This document shows, piece by piece, positions 8,384-17,787 of a DNA stretch of 32,240 bases. The position numbers were made by a program, and so were the translations under genes. The notes below the pieces were generated by a model. That model was not told the origin of the DNA. It did not search any database and saw only the letters and a list, made by a program, of their open reading frames with translations. Within the stretch, counting starts at the first letter, position 1. Each line of letters opens with the position of its first letter. The stretch comes from a virus. Lineage: Duplodnaviria; Caudoviricetes. The stretch covers positions 1 to 32,240 of the IMG/VR virus record IMGVR_UViG_3300033146_001876; one strand, 5' to 3'.

Positions 8384-10927
8384 ATGAATGAGAATTTTTT
8401 AATTCCAAATCAATCCTCGCTTTATAATATTAAAGCAATTTATAATGCTTTTGTTGATAATATTGGAAATTCAGGTTTTGAAAATATTATAATTAATCCT
8501 GAAGTAAATCAATTAACACAAGATTCGGGAGTTGAAACCAAACAAGCGGGTTGGGATTTTTTGGGTACAAATCCAATAGGGATTCATTATCTTGGTGATG
8601 GTGATCATGTACGCCAAGATATTTGTCCGAAATTGAGATCTGATGAAATTTATACTATTGTTTTAGATATTAAAATTACTGATCAAGTTCGTTTTTCTAT
8701 TGATGGTAGAATTGTTGGTGCTAATCAATATTCTCCAAGTATTATTGATATAAATTACAATAATCCAATTGATTATACCCAAAATTTAGTTCGGGTTTTA
8801 GAACCTCATTTAGATGAATTCGGTGAGCCAATTAGATTCCAAGTTTCTTTTAATTTTGCAGCCAATAATATACCTTTAATATCAACAGCAAATTATAATG
8901 CTGCTTGGTTGACATTTATTAAAGATACTTCAGCATTATATGATCCCAAAATAGAATTTTATAATATTAGTATTGTAAAAGGGGTTTTGGGAATTAATTT
9001 AGATAAACGCCAAAGTTTCTTTACGGATTATGTTCGTTATAATAATAACAATACAGGATTCTATGAAGCTTCAATGGATGATGGTGAAACATATCATAGA
9101 ATATTAACAACAAGAGATCAAGATGTTGATGAATTTGTTGATATCTTGGTTACTAAAGATATTATCTATACTAAAAATGATTGTGATTTGATGTTTTTGC
9201 GAAAAGATATTCCTGATGCTGCGGAACGATTAATTACATTTTTAGAAGGATTAAGAGCAGAAGAAGATGTTAATTTAGCAGAAGCAGCTAAATTAGTTCT
9301 TGATGGTGGTAATATAGTTGTTAATAATTCTCAAGAAACTGGCACTGGAACACCCTCAAGTTTTTTCTCATTAATGGTAAAACGTGGTGATGAACGAGAT
9401 GTTGGAATTCGTTATAATGAAACCATTGATAGATGGCAATTTACACATGATGGAATCGATTGGAAAATTTTCGGAACAGGTGGTTCAAATGCTACCGGAA
9501 CTGGAACTGGTTCATCAGAATTAGAATATTATGCTGAAATTCTCAATCGAACACCCTACAAATGGGGTTATTATGATTTATTTGATGAAGTCGATCAAGG
9601 TGATTCCGTTATTGCTCAAAATTTAAATTATAATGGTGATGATACATTATATAAAGTTGATGATTTTCCTGCTGGTCCTTGGTATATTACAACAAAGAAT
9701 ATTTGGAATACTGAGCATATTGGAAACACATATGGTTTCTTTGTTCATGCTTTAACTAATCAACATGATAATGCGGGTTTAAATATTTCTTATTCATTAA
9801 TTGGTTCAGGTACTGGAGATCCATTATTACCAACTGATCCTGCTTGGATTCCGATTACAATGAATGAAATTGTTTCTCCTCCAACACCAATTGATGAAAT
9901 GTATTTAAAATTTGAATTTATTGATGATACAATTGAATTTCATAGTTTTGGTGTGTTTTATGGTGTTTGGGATTATACTTCTAGTACATATACAAGATTA
10001 AGAGAATATTATAGTGCTTTAAATACAAATCAAACTATTCTTGTTCCTAATGGAGCAGAATATACTGTTGGGATGAAAGCATTAGAATTATATTTAAATC
10101 GTGTTCGTCAAATCATTGGAGTTGATTATACAGAAGTTGATGAAACACATGTTCAAATGTTGGTTCCTGTGAATGTTGGAGATGTAATTGAATTTTATGA
10201 AAAGTTTGGTTATGCTGATTTCAGTGAGGATAATTCTATCACTTTAAATGCTCACATGGCTGACTCGGCTATTCATTGTGATTGTTCGGATTTAGATACT
10301 AGATTAACTTCTGTTGAAACTTGGCAAACCGGATTCACTGAATTGGATGCGTCAGCTTTAGCAGCATTATCTACACATATTAGTGATACATCAGATGTTC
10401 ATGATGCGTCAGCAATTAGTGTAGTATCAACAAGTATTGATCATTCAACTGCTACTGAAATTCAGACATTATTACAAGATTTAGATGCTGCTATCACCAC
10501 AATTGAAAATGGTAGTGCTCCAACAACACATGTTCATACTATTGCTGAAGTTACGGGTTTACAAACTGAATTAGATGGAAAAGCTCTAAGTTCACACGTT
10601 CATACTATTGCTGAAGTTACAGGTTTACAAACTGAATTAGATGATAGTAATTTGGGTTTGGGTAAAGATCAAGTTTGGGAAGATTTAACAAGTACAAGAG
10701 CAATCAATACAGTTTACACCAATACTACTGATACGCCTGTATATATTAAAATCGATCCTGTGATAACAGAAGCGGATACTTTAGTTTTAGAAGTTTCTAA
10801 TGATAATGTTACGTTTATAACTATGCCTGATTTCAACACAATAGTACCAGCAACGCATTATTATAAATTAACCGATACATCAGTAACAACTCCAGCAACT
10901 ATCGATCTATGGGTTGAATTAAGTTAA
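8384..10927 (+). CDS. Virion structural protein, putative baseplate-fibre adaptor or fibre (paralogue of 4538..6421)
   Basis: 847 aa; VKRGDERDVGIRYNETIDRWQFT fibre motif; two HVHTIAEVTGLQTELD phage-tail repeats; colinear with ORF 4538. Confidence 0.6.
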   Translation: MNENFLIPNQSSLYNIKAIYNAFVDNIGNSGFENIIINPEVNQLTQDSGVETKQAGWDFLGTNPIGIHYLGDGDHVRQDICPKLRSDEIYTIVLDIKITDQVRFSIDGRIVGANQYSPSIIDINYNNPIDYTQNLVRVLEPHLDEFGEPIRFQVSFNFAANNIPLISTANYNAAWLTFIKDTSALYDPKIEFYNISIVKGVLGINLDKRQSFFTDYVRYNNNNTGFYEASMDDGETYHRILTTRDQDVDEFVDILVTKDIIYTKNDCDLMFLRKDIPDAAERLITFLEGLRAEEDVNLAEAAKLVLDGGNIVVNNSQETGTGTPSSFFSLMVKRGDERDVGIRYNETIDRWQFTHDGIDWKIFGTGGSNATGTGTGSSELEYYAEILNRTPYKWGYYDLFDEVDQGDSVIAQNLNYNGDDTLYKVDDFPAGPWYITTKNIWNTEHIGNTYGFFVHALTNQHDNAGLNISYSLIGSGTGDPLLPTDPAWIPITMNEIVSPPTPIDEMYLKFEFIDDTIEFHSFGVFYGVWDYTSSTYTRLREYYSALNTNQTILVPNGAEYTVGMKALELYLNRVRQIIGVDYTEVDETHVQMLVPVNVGDVIEFYEKFGYADFSEDNSITLNAHMADSAIHCDCSDLDTRLTSVETWQTGFTELDASALAALSTHISDTSDVHDASAISVVSTSIDHSTATEIQTLLQDLDAAITTIENGSAPTTHVHTIAEVTGLQTELDGKALSSHVHTIAEVTGLQTELDDSNLGLGKDQVWEDLTSTRAINTVYTNTTDTPVYIKIDPVITEADTLVLEVSNDNVTFITMPDFNTIVPATHYYKLTDTSVTTPATIDLWVELS
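10532..10643 (+). repeat. Direct repeat, 46 bp x2 with 66-bp period (HVHTIAEVTGLQTELD)
   Basis: gttcatactattgctgaagttac(g/a)ggtttacaaactgaattagatg at 10532-10577 and 10598-10643. Confidence 0.9.
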
Positions 10928-10949
10928 GATTTATCCATAAATATTGAGA

Positions 10950-10957
10950 TATAAATA
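10950..10957 (+). promoter_or_regulatory. T4-type late promoter (TATAAATA)
   Basis: Exact gp55-type consensus in an intergenic gap, 20 nt before ATG 10978, followed by AAAGGA RBS. Confidence 0.7.
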
Positions 10958-10977
10958 AGTTCAAAGGAATAATGTAA

Positions 10978-11847
10978 ATGGCAAACAAACTTGATGATAG
11001 ATATGTTGAATACGATTTGGTGAATTCAATAAATGTCCTGCCTGTTGAACATGGTGGAACAGGTGTTGGTGCTTATCCAAATGCTAATCGTATTTTAATG
11101 ACAAAAGCCACTGGCATTCCTGCCAGTCCAATTAGTATTGAAGATTCTGGTTGGGGTATTGGTTCAATGGGTGCGTTGTCTTCTTGGGATGCTAATAAGG
11201 GTCCGTTTGAAGCACGAATTCAAACTGGTGAAACGCATATTGCTAATGTTTCTTTACATTTACCTTCGGGTGGTTCAAACGTAACATTTTTACGTGGGGA
11301 TAATACTTGGCAAGCTATATCAACAACAGCCGATCTTGTTTATTGTGATGATAATTTTACTCAATCTAATAGTACAAATGTACAAAATGTATTAGAAGAT
11401 TTAGATAGTAAACTAAGAAATATTGTTCAACCAGGATTAATTTTACCTTTTGCTTTTGCTAGTGCTCCAAATGGTTTTTTAATTTGTGATGGTTCTGAAG
11501 TTTCAAGAACAACATATATTGATCTATTTAATTACATTGGAGAATTATATGGTAGTGGTGATGGAAACACAACATTTAATATTCCTGATTTAAGGGGTCA
11601 ATTTATTAGGGGTTGGGATGGTACAGCAGGTATTGATCCTGGTCGTGTATTTGGTTCAAATCAAGATGATGAATTAGAAAGTCATGCTCACCCACTTACT
11701 CCAGGATATCAAGATGGGAGTGGAACAAATCAAACAGGTTCAGCTGATTCAACAAATGATGCGATTATTATAACAACAACTGATTCATTTGGTGGTTCTG
11801 AAACAAGACCGAAAAATGTTGCTCTTTTATATTGTATCAAATATTAA
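10978..11847 (+). CDS. Tail collar domain protein (short tail fibre, gp12-like)
   Basis: PGLILPFAFASAPNGFLICDGSEVSRTTYIDLFNYIG..YGSGDGNTTFNIPDLRGQFIRGWD and ETRPKNVALLYCIKY are canonical collar and C-terminal motifs. Confidence 0.9.
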   Translation: MANKLDDRYVEYDLVNSINVLPVEHGGTGVGAYPNANRILMTKATGIPASPISIEDSGWGIGSMGALSSWDANKGPFEARIQTGETHIANVSLHLPSGGSNVTFLRGDNTWQAISTTADLVYCDDNFTQSNSTNVQNVLEDLDSKLRNIVQPGLILPFAFASAPNGFLICDGSEVSRTTYIDLFNYIGELYGSGDGNTTFNIPDLRGQFIRGWDGTAGIDPGRVFGSNQDDELESHAHPLTPGYQDGSGTNQTGSADSTNDAIIITTTDSFGGSETRPKNVALLYCIKY

Positions 11848-11857
11848 GGTTAAATAA

Positions 11858-12514
11858 ATGGCAGTTAAACGGATAATTCCAAAAAGATTAGAAAAAGTAG
11901 GAGTTGCTGGGGAAACCGAAAGCATGAGTCCTGCTTATCTTGAAAACTTAATCCGAAAACGTATTTGGGTCGGTACAGAAGATCCCTTAAATACACCAGA
12001 TTATGTTTTAGAAGGTAATATTTGGAGAAATACAGCTACCAATCCTGACACTTGGAATATTTTAATGAATGGTGCTTGGGTTAATATGTTAGCGAGTACT
12101 TCTGAACATGGTTTAATGAAATCTACTGATAGATCATTATTAAATACTGCAACTTATTTTCCTACAAGTAATGCGTTAGTGAAATATGATACTAATAGAG
12201 ATTTAAACGCAAAATCATTTAATTCAACTTCTTCAAGAAGATTTAAAACAAATATATCTAAGATTAATCAGGCAACTGAAATTATTAAAGAATTAGAAGG
12301 TGTTAGTTTTAATTGGAAAAGTGATGGCGTTAGAGATATTGGTTTAATTGCGGAAGATGTTTTTGACGTTGTTCCTGAAGTAGTTAAATTAGAAAATGGA
12401 ATTATTGAAGGTATCGCTTATGATCATTTAGTATCCGTTTTAATTCAAGGTTTCAAAGAACAACAAAACCAAATTGATAAAATCCTTAATCATCTAGGAC
12501 TTGATAATGAGTAA
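11858..12514 (+). CDS. Small tail protein with C-terminal peptidase S74 intramolecular chaperone domain
   Basis: TSSRRFKTNI...LEGVSFNWK...IGLIAEDV..VVPEVV...IAYDHLVSVLIQGFKEQQNQI is the S74 pattern with terminal coiled coil. Confidence 0.85.
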   Translation: MAVKRIIPKRLEKVGVAGETESMSPAYLENLIRKRIWVGTEDPLNTPDYVLEGNIWRNTATNPDTWNILMNGAWVNMLASTSEHGLMKSTDRSLLNTATYFPTSNALVKYDTNRDLNAKSFNSTSSRRFKTNISKINQATEIIKELEGVSFNWKSDGVRDIGLIAEDVFDVVPEVVKLENGIIEGIAYDHLVSVLIQGFKEQQNQIDKILNHLGLDNE

Positions 12515-14270
12515 GCATTTTTATACAGATATAGATTTACGTTTAAATCAATTATTAAAAGCTTTATTGGAACATATTGATTCAACTACAATTACTTCCG
12601 GTTCAAACGGCAGGATTTTTTGGGCTATTGATTTAAATGCTCCAGCTTATTGGGATGGAACAGAAACAAAATTATTTGCTTATCAAGGTCAACCAATTGA
12701 TCCAAATGATGTTGTTGAAGATGCTACACATCAATGGGTAACAATCTCCGATATTGCTGCTTGGAATGAAGTTGTTAATAATTCTGGTGATTACGAACTA
12801 ATCACTAAGAAAAATCAACCATATGGTTATGCTGGTTTAGATGGTGATAATAAATTAAGTTTTAGTACATTATGGGAGGGTATGATTGTTGAATATCCTG
12901 CAAATTCTAACCTTTATAAAACCATGGAAGAATTATTTGATATTCCAAATGGTATTTCAACATTAGATTCAAATGGTCAATTAAATCCCAATATTATTAA
13001 TCAAATTGGTTTTACACCAGCTGAACAAATTCTATTTTGTTCACAAAACGAAAAAGATTCTTGGAATGCTATTTCAGGTGGTCTAAGTGGTGTGGAAATT
13101 GTAGCACATAAAAATCAACCTGACGGTTACGCTGGATTAAATGCCAATGCTCGAGTTAATAAACGTTATTTACCAGAAGGTTCGGTTTTAAGAAGATATA
13201 AAAAATATTATGTTGAATTTACAGGTACAATTGTTCAAGGTGAACAAATTGCTTATACTTTTAATAATGATCCAACATTATATTTTACAGCAGGCCCGTC
13301 TCCAGATTTAAGTTTAATGATTGTTGATATTGCGTCTTCTTTATCAAGTATTTCAGAATTAACAATTCAACATAATGCTACATCAATTACCATTACCGCA
13401 GATGATATGGGTAATGATTTTAGTTTAGAATGGTTATATTTAAATCACGTAACAGGAACACTGTTAATCAATTCTGAACTAATTGAACCAGCTTTTTATG
13501 ATTGGTCAAATATGGCAGGAACAAATGATATTGGATTTGCGCCATTAAATCATTTCGGTGTTATTGATGATACATATTTACCAAGTTATAAAGATATTCG
13601 AATTGTTGATGAATATAGTGATTTATTAGCAATAACTGATCAATATAATGGATTACGAGTTCATGTTGTTGATGCTACTGCTGATCCTTTGGTTGATGAT
13701 GGTTGGGCAGAATATCTTTGGTATGAAGATGATACATCTTGGCATAAAACATCTGAACGTGAATCTTCAATTGATATTTCACATGATTCTATGTCAAATG
13801 TTCAAGGTGATGGTGCTCTATTAACTCCACCACAGACAAGTCATTTAACTGATATTCAATATCAACAAGTTAAAGATTCAGAATATTTAATGACAGTGAA
13901 TCATTTAGATGCTCGACCTGGGGTAGTTTTAAAATCATTCACCAAAGCAAATTTTAGAGCAGCTAAAATCACATTTACATTAGAAGATCATGCTGGACGT
14001 GGGATTTTAATGGAAGATTTAAATATATTATTTGATGGTAACTATCCAACAATGGTTGAATTTGGGGAAGTTGGTTCAGCAATGAATAATCCATTTACAT
14101 TCAATCTTGATCATGATATAAATAATATATATCTAATGATGACTTCAAACTCAAATGATTGTTCATCAAGATTAAGAATTCGTGAATTTGTACAATTAGA
14201 TAATATTATTCCACCGCTTACTCCAGAAGTAGATATGGCTCCTTCATCTGGTTTATTGCCACATAATTAA
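12507..14270 (+). CDS. Virion structural or fibre-like protein
   Basis: Probable start ATG 12507 after AGGA; repeated KNQPxGYAGL(D/N) and NGISTLDSNG motifs typical of phage fibres; within the tail operon. Confidence 0.55.
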   Translation: MSKHFYTDIDLRLNQLLKALLEHIDSTTITSGSNGRIFWAIDLNAPAYWDGTETKLFAYQGQPIDPNDVVEDATHQWVTISDIAAWNEVVNNSGDYELITKKNQPYGYAGLDGDNKLSFSTLWEGMIVEYPANSNLYKTMEELFDIPNGISTLDSNGQLNPNIINQIGFTPAEQILFCSQNEKDSWNAISGGLSGVEIVAHKNQPDGYAGLNANARVNKRYLPEGSVLRRYKKYYVEFTGTIVQGEQIAYTFNNDPTLYFTAGPSPDLSLMIVDIASSLSSISELTIQHNATSITITADDMGNDFSLEWLYLNHVTGTLLINSELIEPAFYDWSNMAGTNDIGFAPLNHFGVIDDTYLPSYKDIRIVDEYSDLLAITDQYNGLRVHVVDATADPLVDDGWAEYLWYEDDTSWHKTSERESSIDISHDSMSNVQGDGALLTPPQTSHLTDIQYQQVKDSEYLMTVNHLDARPGVVLKSFTKANFRAAKITFTLEDHAGRGILMEDLNILFDGNYPTMVEFGEVGSAMNNPFTFNLDHDINNIYLMMTSNSNDCSSRLRIREFVQLDNIIPPLTPEVDMAPSSGLLPHN

Positions 14271-14284
14271 AATAGGAATTAAAA

Positions 14285-14848
14285 ATGGCTTATACAAAAA
14301 CAGTTTGGTTAAATAATGATCCTTCAACACCATTAGACGCAGTTCATCTTAATAAAATTGAAGATGGAGTTGAAAGTGTTCATACAGTCGCTGATGCAAA
14401 TGTTATTGACATTACCAACATAAATACATCATTAGGAACACATGAATCAAGACTTGATGATCTTGACGGTGCTACTGGGGATATTACAAGAATTGATAAT
14501 GATATTTCAGCTTTACAAGTAGCCGATATCAATTTAGAAAAATATAATTCTTGGCGTAATATTGCTACAAATCCAACTGGTGCAGTACCAGCTGCAAATG
14601 TTGATAATATTTTTATTAGTTGGGCAAACCCTGTAACTGTTACTTTACCACCGACTCCAACATATTCAGATAGAATTCGTATTTGTGATGCTGGTTGTGA
14701 TTTTTCAACAAACAATTTAACGGTTGCTCGTAATGGTAATAATATCATGGGAACCGCAAATGATTATACATTCAGTTATCAGAATGGTTCAATTGAATTA
14801 TCATGGTCTGGTTCTGTATATGGTTGGGTAGTCACAAGAGCGGTATAA
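14285..14848 (+). CDS. Small virion structural or fibre-related protein
   Basis: MAYTKTVWLN...PLDAVHLNKIEDGV N-terminus, coiled coil, and a VTLPP...DRIRICD...FSTNNLTVARNG domain similar to the C-terminus of ORF 4538. Confidence 0.6.
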   Translation: MAYTKTVWLNNDPSTPLDAVHLNKIEDGVESVHTVADANVIDITNINTSLGTHESRLDDLDGATGDITRIDNDISALQVADINLEKYNSWRNIATNPTGAVPAANVDNIFISWANPVTVTLPPTPTYSDRIRICDAGCDFSTNNLTVARNGNNIMGTANDYTFSYQNGSIELSWSGSVYGWVVTRAV

Positions 14849-14854
14849 AAAGAG

Positions 14855-14882
14855 TTGACAAATCCATAAAATGGGTTATAAT
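14855..14882 (+). promoter_or_regulatory. Consensus sigma70-type (early/host RNAP) promoter
   Basis: TTGACA (14855-60), 16-nt spacer, TATAAT (14877-82) in an intergenic gap; AAGGAG RBS before ATG 14924. Confidence 0.75.
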
Positions 14883-14923
14883 ATAGTAATTATTTTAATT
14901 AACTAACTACAAGGAGAAAAAGA

Positions 14924-15283
14924 ATGAAATTTCGATTAGGTCAGATTCAGGAAATGAAAGAAGCACTCGGGCGTTTAACTAATGAAGAATTACCACTTAA
15001 AATTGCGTTCAAACTGAACAAGCTTGTTCGTGATATGGATGTTAATTTGACAGCCATTGAAGAAGAACGTGTAAAATTAGTAAAAAAATTGGGTGTTGAA
15101 AATGCCGAAACTGGTGGTATTGAAATTCCCAAAGATAAAATTCCACAATTTCAAACTGAATTTGTAGAACTAATGGCAGAAGAAGTTGAAATTGATTTTA
15201 CAGCATTCAATGTTGATGATTTTGCCAACGCTAAACTAACAACTCAAGACATGTTAAAATTGGCGTTACTTTTTGAGGAATAA
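14924..15283 (+). CDS. Small acidic helical phage protein of unknown function (possibly DUF1617-like)
   Basis: 119 aa, strong RBS, LPLKIAFKLNKL...EEERVKLVKK pattern seen in phage tail-region proteins. Confidence 0.55.
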   Translation: MKFRLGQIQEMKEALGRLTNEELPLKIAFKLNKLVRDMDVNLTAIEEERVKLVKKLGVENAETGGIEIPKDKIPQFQTEFVELMAEEVEIDFTAFNVDDFANAKLTTQDMLKLALLFEE

Positions 15284-15285
15284 TA

Positions 15286-15837
15286 ATGGCTTTAAAACAG
15301 ATTTATGCTAACAATGCAGCTACCTATTTAGCTCAACCTTTGGGTGGAACTGGTGGGGATGATCGTATTTTCATCATTCCCTCTGACACAAATAAATTCC
15401 CTGATCCAACTTTAGGAACAGAATTTTTTGCTGGAACACTTGAAAATGTTCAAACAAAAGAATGGGAAATTGTTCAGGTTAGAAGACGTGTTAATGATCA
15501 ATTAACCGTTGTTAGGGGTCAAGAAGGAAGTACGATTCGTGAATTCCCTGTTGGAACAAAATTCCAAGTTCGAGTCACAAAAGAAACATTAGAACGGTTA
15601 TATGACCAAGCTAGTGCTATTTCGGGATTTGTTCACGATCAACAAACAGCGTCTAATACTTGGCTAATTAACCATAATCTAAATCGTATTCCAAATACCG
15701 CTATTGAAATTGGTGAATGGATTAGTGGGGATTTTATTAAAACTGCTAATGCTGAAGCCAATGTTACACATCTTTCATCAAACGCAATGTCTATTTCCTT
15801 TTCGGAAAATACCATTGGTCGTGTAATTTGTACCTAA
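15286..15837 (+). CDS. Tail-associated structural protein
   Basis: NNAATYLA...FP...EIVQV..R..DQLTVVRGQEGS..R.F..G...VRVT is a common phage tail-protein N-terminal domain; C-terminal HDQQTASNTWLINHNL motif. Confidence 0.6.
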   Translation: MALKQIYANNAATYLAQPLGGTGGDDRIFIIPSDTNKFPDPTLGTEFFAGTLENVQTKEWEIVQVRRRVNDQLTVVRGQEGSTIREFPVGTKFQVRVTKETLERLYDQASAISGFVHDQQTASNTWLINHNLNRIPNTAIEIGEWISGDFIKTANAEANVTHLSSNAMSISFSENTIGRVICT

Positions 15838-15838
15838 A

Positions 15839-15916
15839 AAAAATCTAAGTACCTTTTTTGAATTATAAATACTTGTATTAAACACATGTTATTTTTAAAA
15901 AGGTACTTAGATTTTT
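15839..15916. repeat. Perfect 20-bp inverted repeat with 38-nt spacer covering the RBS of the tube gene
   Basis: aaaaatctaagtaccttttt (15839-58) and aaaaaggtacttagattttt (15897-15916); ATG at 15917. Confidence 0.95.
15864..15871 (+). promoter_or_regulatory. T4-type late promoter (TATAAATA) inside the inverted-repeat loop
   Basis: Exact consensus, intergenic, upstream of the tube/hub operon. Confidence 0.8.
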
Positions 15917-16504
15917 ATGTCTTTAACTCTCGGTGATTTTAAATCCACAATTGTTGACGTTGCCAGACCAAATCGTTTTGGTGTGCTGGTTTTGCCGAAT
16001 CCCTCCGTTTTTGAACCTGTTGGTGAAGATCCCCTAATTGCGAATATTGCTAATGTTATTCAAGGCGCAAGATTTCTTTTAGGAAATCCCAAAGCAGTTT
16101 ATTATCTTGCCAAAATGATAACTATTCCTGAAAGAACTTTCGGAACATTAGAACATAAACGTTTAGGAGCAACTCGTAAGGTTGCTGGTGATCCAACATA
16201 TAATACAGTTGATATTACATTTCTCAATGATACAAGTTATTCAACACGAACCTTAATTGATGCTTGGCATGAAAATATAATTCATCAAGGGTCAAATTAT
16301 AGACAATATGCTAATAAGTATGCTGAGGGTTCAACTATAATTGTTGAAAAATTAGGTCTTAAAGGTGTTCCTTTCGCCATTTACAAATATAATGATGTTT
16401 GGCCCAAATCTATTAACGCAGAAACATTAGCCATGGATTCAAACGATACACTTTCTGAATTTACCGTTTCTTTTGAATATAATACTTGGACAAGGATTAT
16501 ATAA
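15917..16504 (+). CDS. gp19: Tail tube protein, gp19-like (paralogue 1)
   Basis: DVARPNRF, KMITIPERTFG, RKVAGDPTYN.VDITFLND, WPKSI..ETLAMDSNDTLSEFTVSFEYNTW. Confidence 0.8.
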   Translation: MSLTLGDFKSTIVDVARPNRFGVLVLPNPSVFEPVGEDPLIANIANVIQGARFLLGNPKAVYYLAKMITIPERTFGTLEHKRLGATRKVAGDPTYNTVDITFLNDTSYSTRTLIDAWHENIIHQGSNYRQYANKYAEGSTIIVEKLGLKGVPFAIYKYNDVWPKSINAETLAMDSNDTLSEFTVSFEYNTWTRII

Positions 16505-17193
16505 TGGATATTGATGCTATTAAGGGGCAATTTAAAGATTATGCCAGACCAAATTTATTTGTTATTCAATTCAGTAGAATACCATCAAAAGAAGAAAAAG
16601 AAGATGCTGGTGGAGGAAGCTTATTTGATAAAATCAAAAGTGCTGCCACCAAAATTTTAAAGGACTTCTTTGCAGTTCCAACTGCACAAACCGATGCTAT
16701 GATAAATTTAGGAGCCAAAACCGCTTCATTTCCTTCAATGGTTATGCAAGCTCCTGAATTAGAATATAGAGGGTATAAAATGCCAACAGTTGGACCGGTT
16801 GTGTTTGGGGAATTTAATGCTACATTTGTTCTTGATCATGATTTAATAATTTATAATTACTTTGCTAATTGGTTAAATAAAATTACCAATATCTATACAG
16901 GGCAAGGTCTCAATCAAATTCATGGTACAGATCAAGTTTCCGAAATTAAAGTCTATCAAATTAAAGGTGATATGGATATAAGTGGTGGGTATCTAATAAC
17001 ATTAGAAGAAGCTTATCCAATAAATATTTCCGAAATAGAATTTAGTGAAAATGAAGGTTTTTCAGAAGTGAGAGTTGGATTTAGATATACTAATATTAAA
17101 AATGAAAATATCGAAACCGATATGAGTAGAGATGAAGCTGGTAGTGCCTCATTATTAGATAAAGCTAAAGGATTTATTGGAGGTTATTTATAA
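16504..17193 (+). CDS. Tail tube-fold protein, gp19/gp54-like (paralogue 2)
   Basis: Probable start ATG 16504 overlapping the previous stop; DYARPNLF, AKTASFPS, LEEAYPINISEIEFS...VRVGFRY. Confidence 0.7.
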   Translation: MDIDAIKGQFKDYARPNLFVIQFSRIPSKEEKEDAGGGSLFDKIKSAATKILKDFFAVPTAQTDAMINLGAKTASFPSMVMQAPELEYRGYKMPTVGPVVFGEFNATFVLDHDLIIYNYFANWLNKITNIYTGQGLNQIHGTDQVSEIKVYQIKGDMDISGGYLITLEEAYPINISEIEFSENEGFSEVRVGFRYTNIKNENIETDMSRDEAGSASLLDKAKGFIGGYL

Positions 17194-17777
17194 TGAGTGG
17201 AAAAAGATTTTTAGACCCAGCCAATTTTTTAGCACAAAGTAATATTAAAAAAGGTTTACAATATAAACATAATTTTATTGTTAGTTTATTATCTTTACCT
17301 TCAGGAATAAATTCTAATGTTTCATTGCAAGATTTAACTTGGAATGCTTTAGATGTAAGTGTTCCAGGTATATCATTGGGGTTTGGTAGCAATCACGTTG
17401 CTGGTCGCCCTCGTTATTATGCTCAAGAACGACAAGATCAAGATTTATCAATCACATTTTTAGATGAATCCTCAATGTCAATTCGTAGATTATTTGAAGA
17501 ATGGATTAAAATAGCGTTTGATCCATATATTAAAACAAGAAAATATCCAAGCCAATATCAAGCTTCGGAATTAAATGTAAATACCATGGACCAATTTGGG
17601 AAGATTCAATATATGGATAGTTTCTTAGATATATTTCCATATCTAATTGATGATCTTGATTTTAGTCGAAATGCTTATGATGTTATTAAAACTAAAGTCA
17701 CATTTAAATATAGAATACATATTATAGGTAGTGCCGAAAATGAAAATAAATCAGTTCAAAGCAAAGTAATTAAATAA
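17193..17777 (+). CDS. Tail tube-fold protein, gp54/gp19-like initiator (paralogue 3)
   Basis: DVSVPG, DLSITFLD..SMSIRRLFEEW, DIFPYLIDDLDFS...KVTFKY. Confidence 0.65.
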   Translation: MSGKRFLDPANFLAQSNIKKGLQYKHNFIVSLLSLPSGINSNVSLQDLTWNALDVSVPGISLGFGSNHVAGRPRYYAQERQDQDLSITFLDESSMSIRRLFEEWIKIAFDPYIKTRKYPSQYQASELNVNTMDQFGKIQYMDSFLDIFPYLIDDLDFSRNAYDVIKTKVTFKYRIHIIGSAENENKSVQSKVIK

Positions 17778-17787
17778 GGAGAATAAA

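Noticed and set aside
2693-14124. TATAAATA matches inside coding regions (2693, 3423, 6271, 14117; also 26255 antisense to fibre 2)
   Set aside because: An all-A/T 8-mer is expected several times by chance in 32 kb of AT-rich DNA; only intergenic, RBS-linked copies were called
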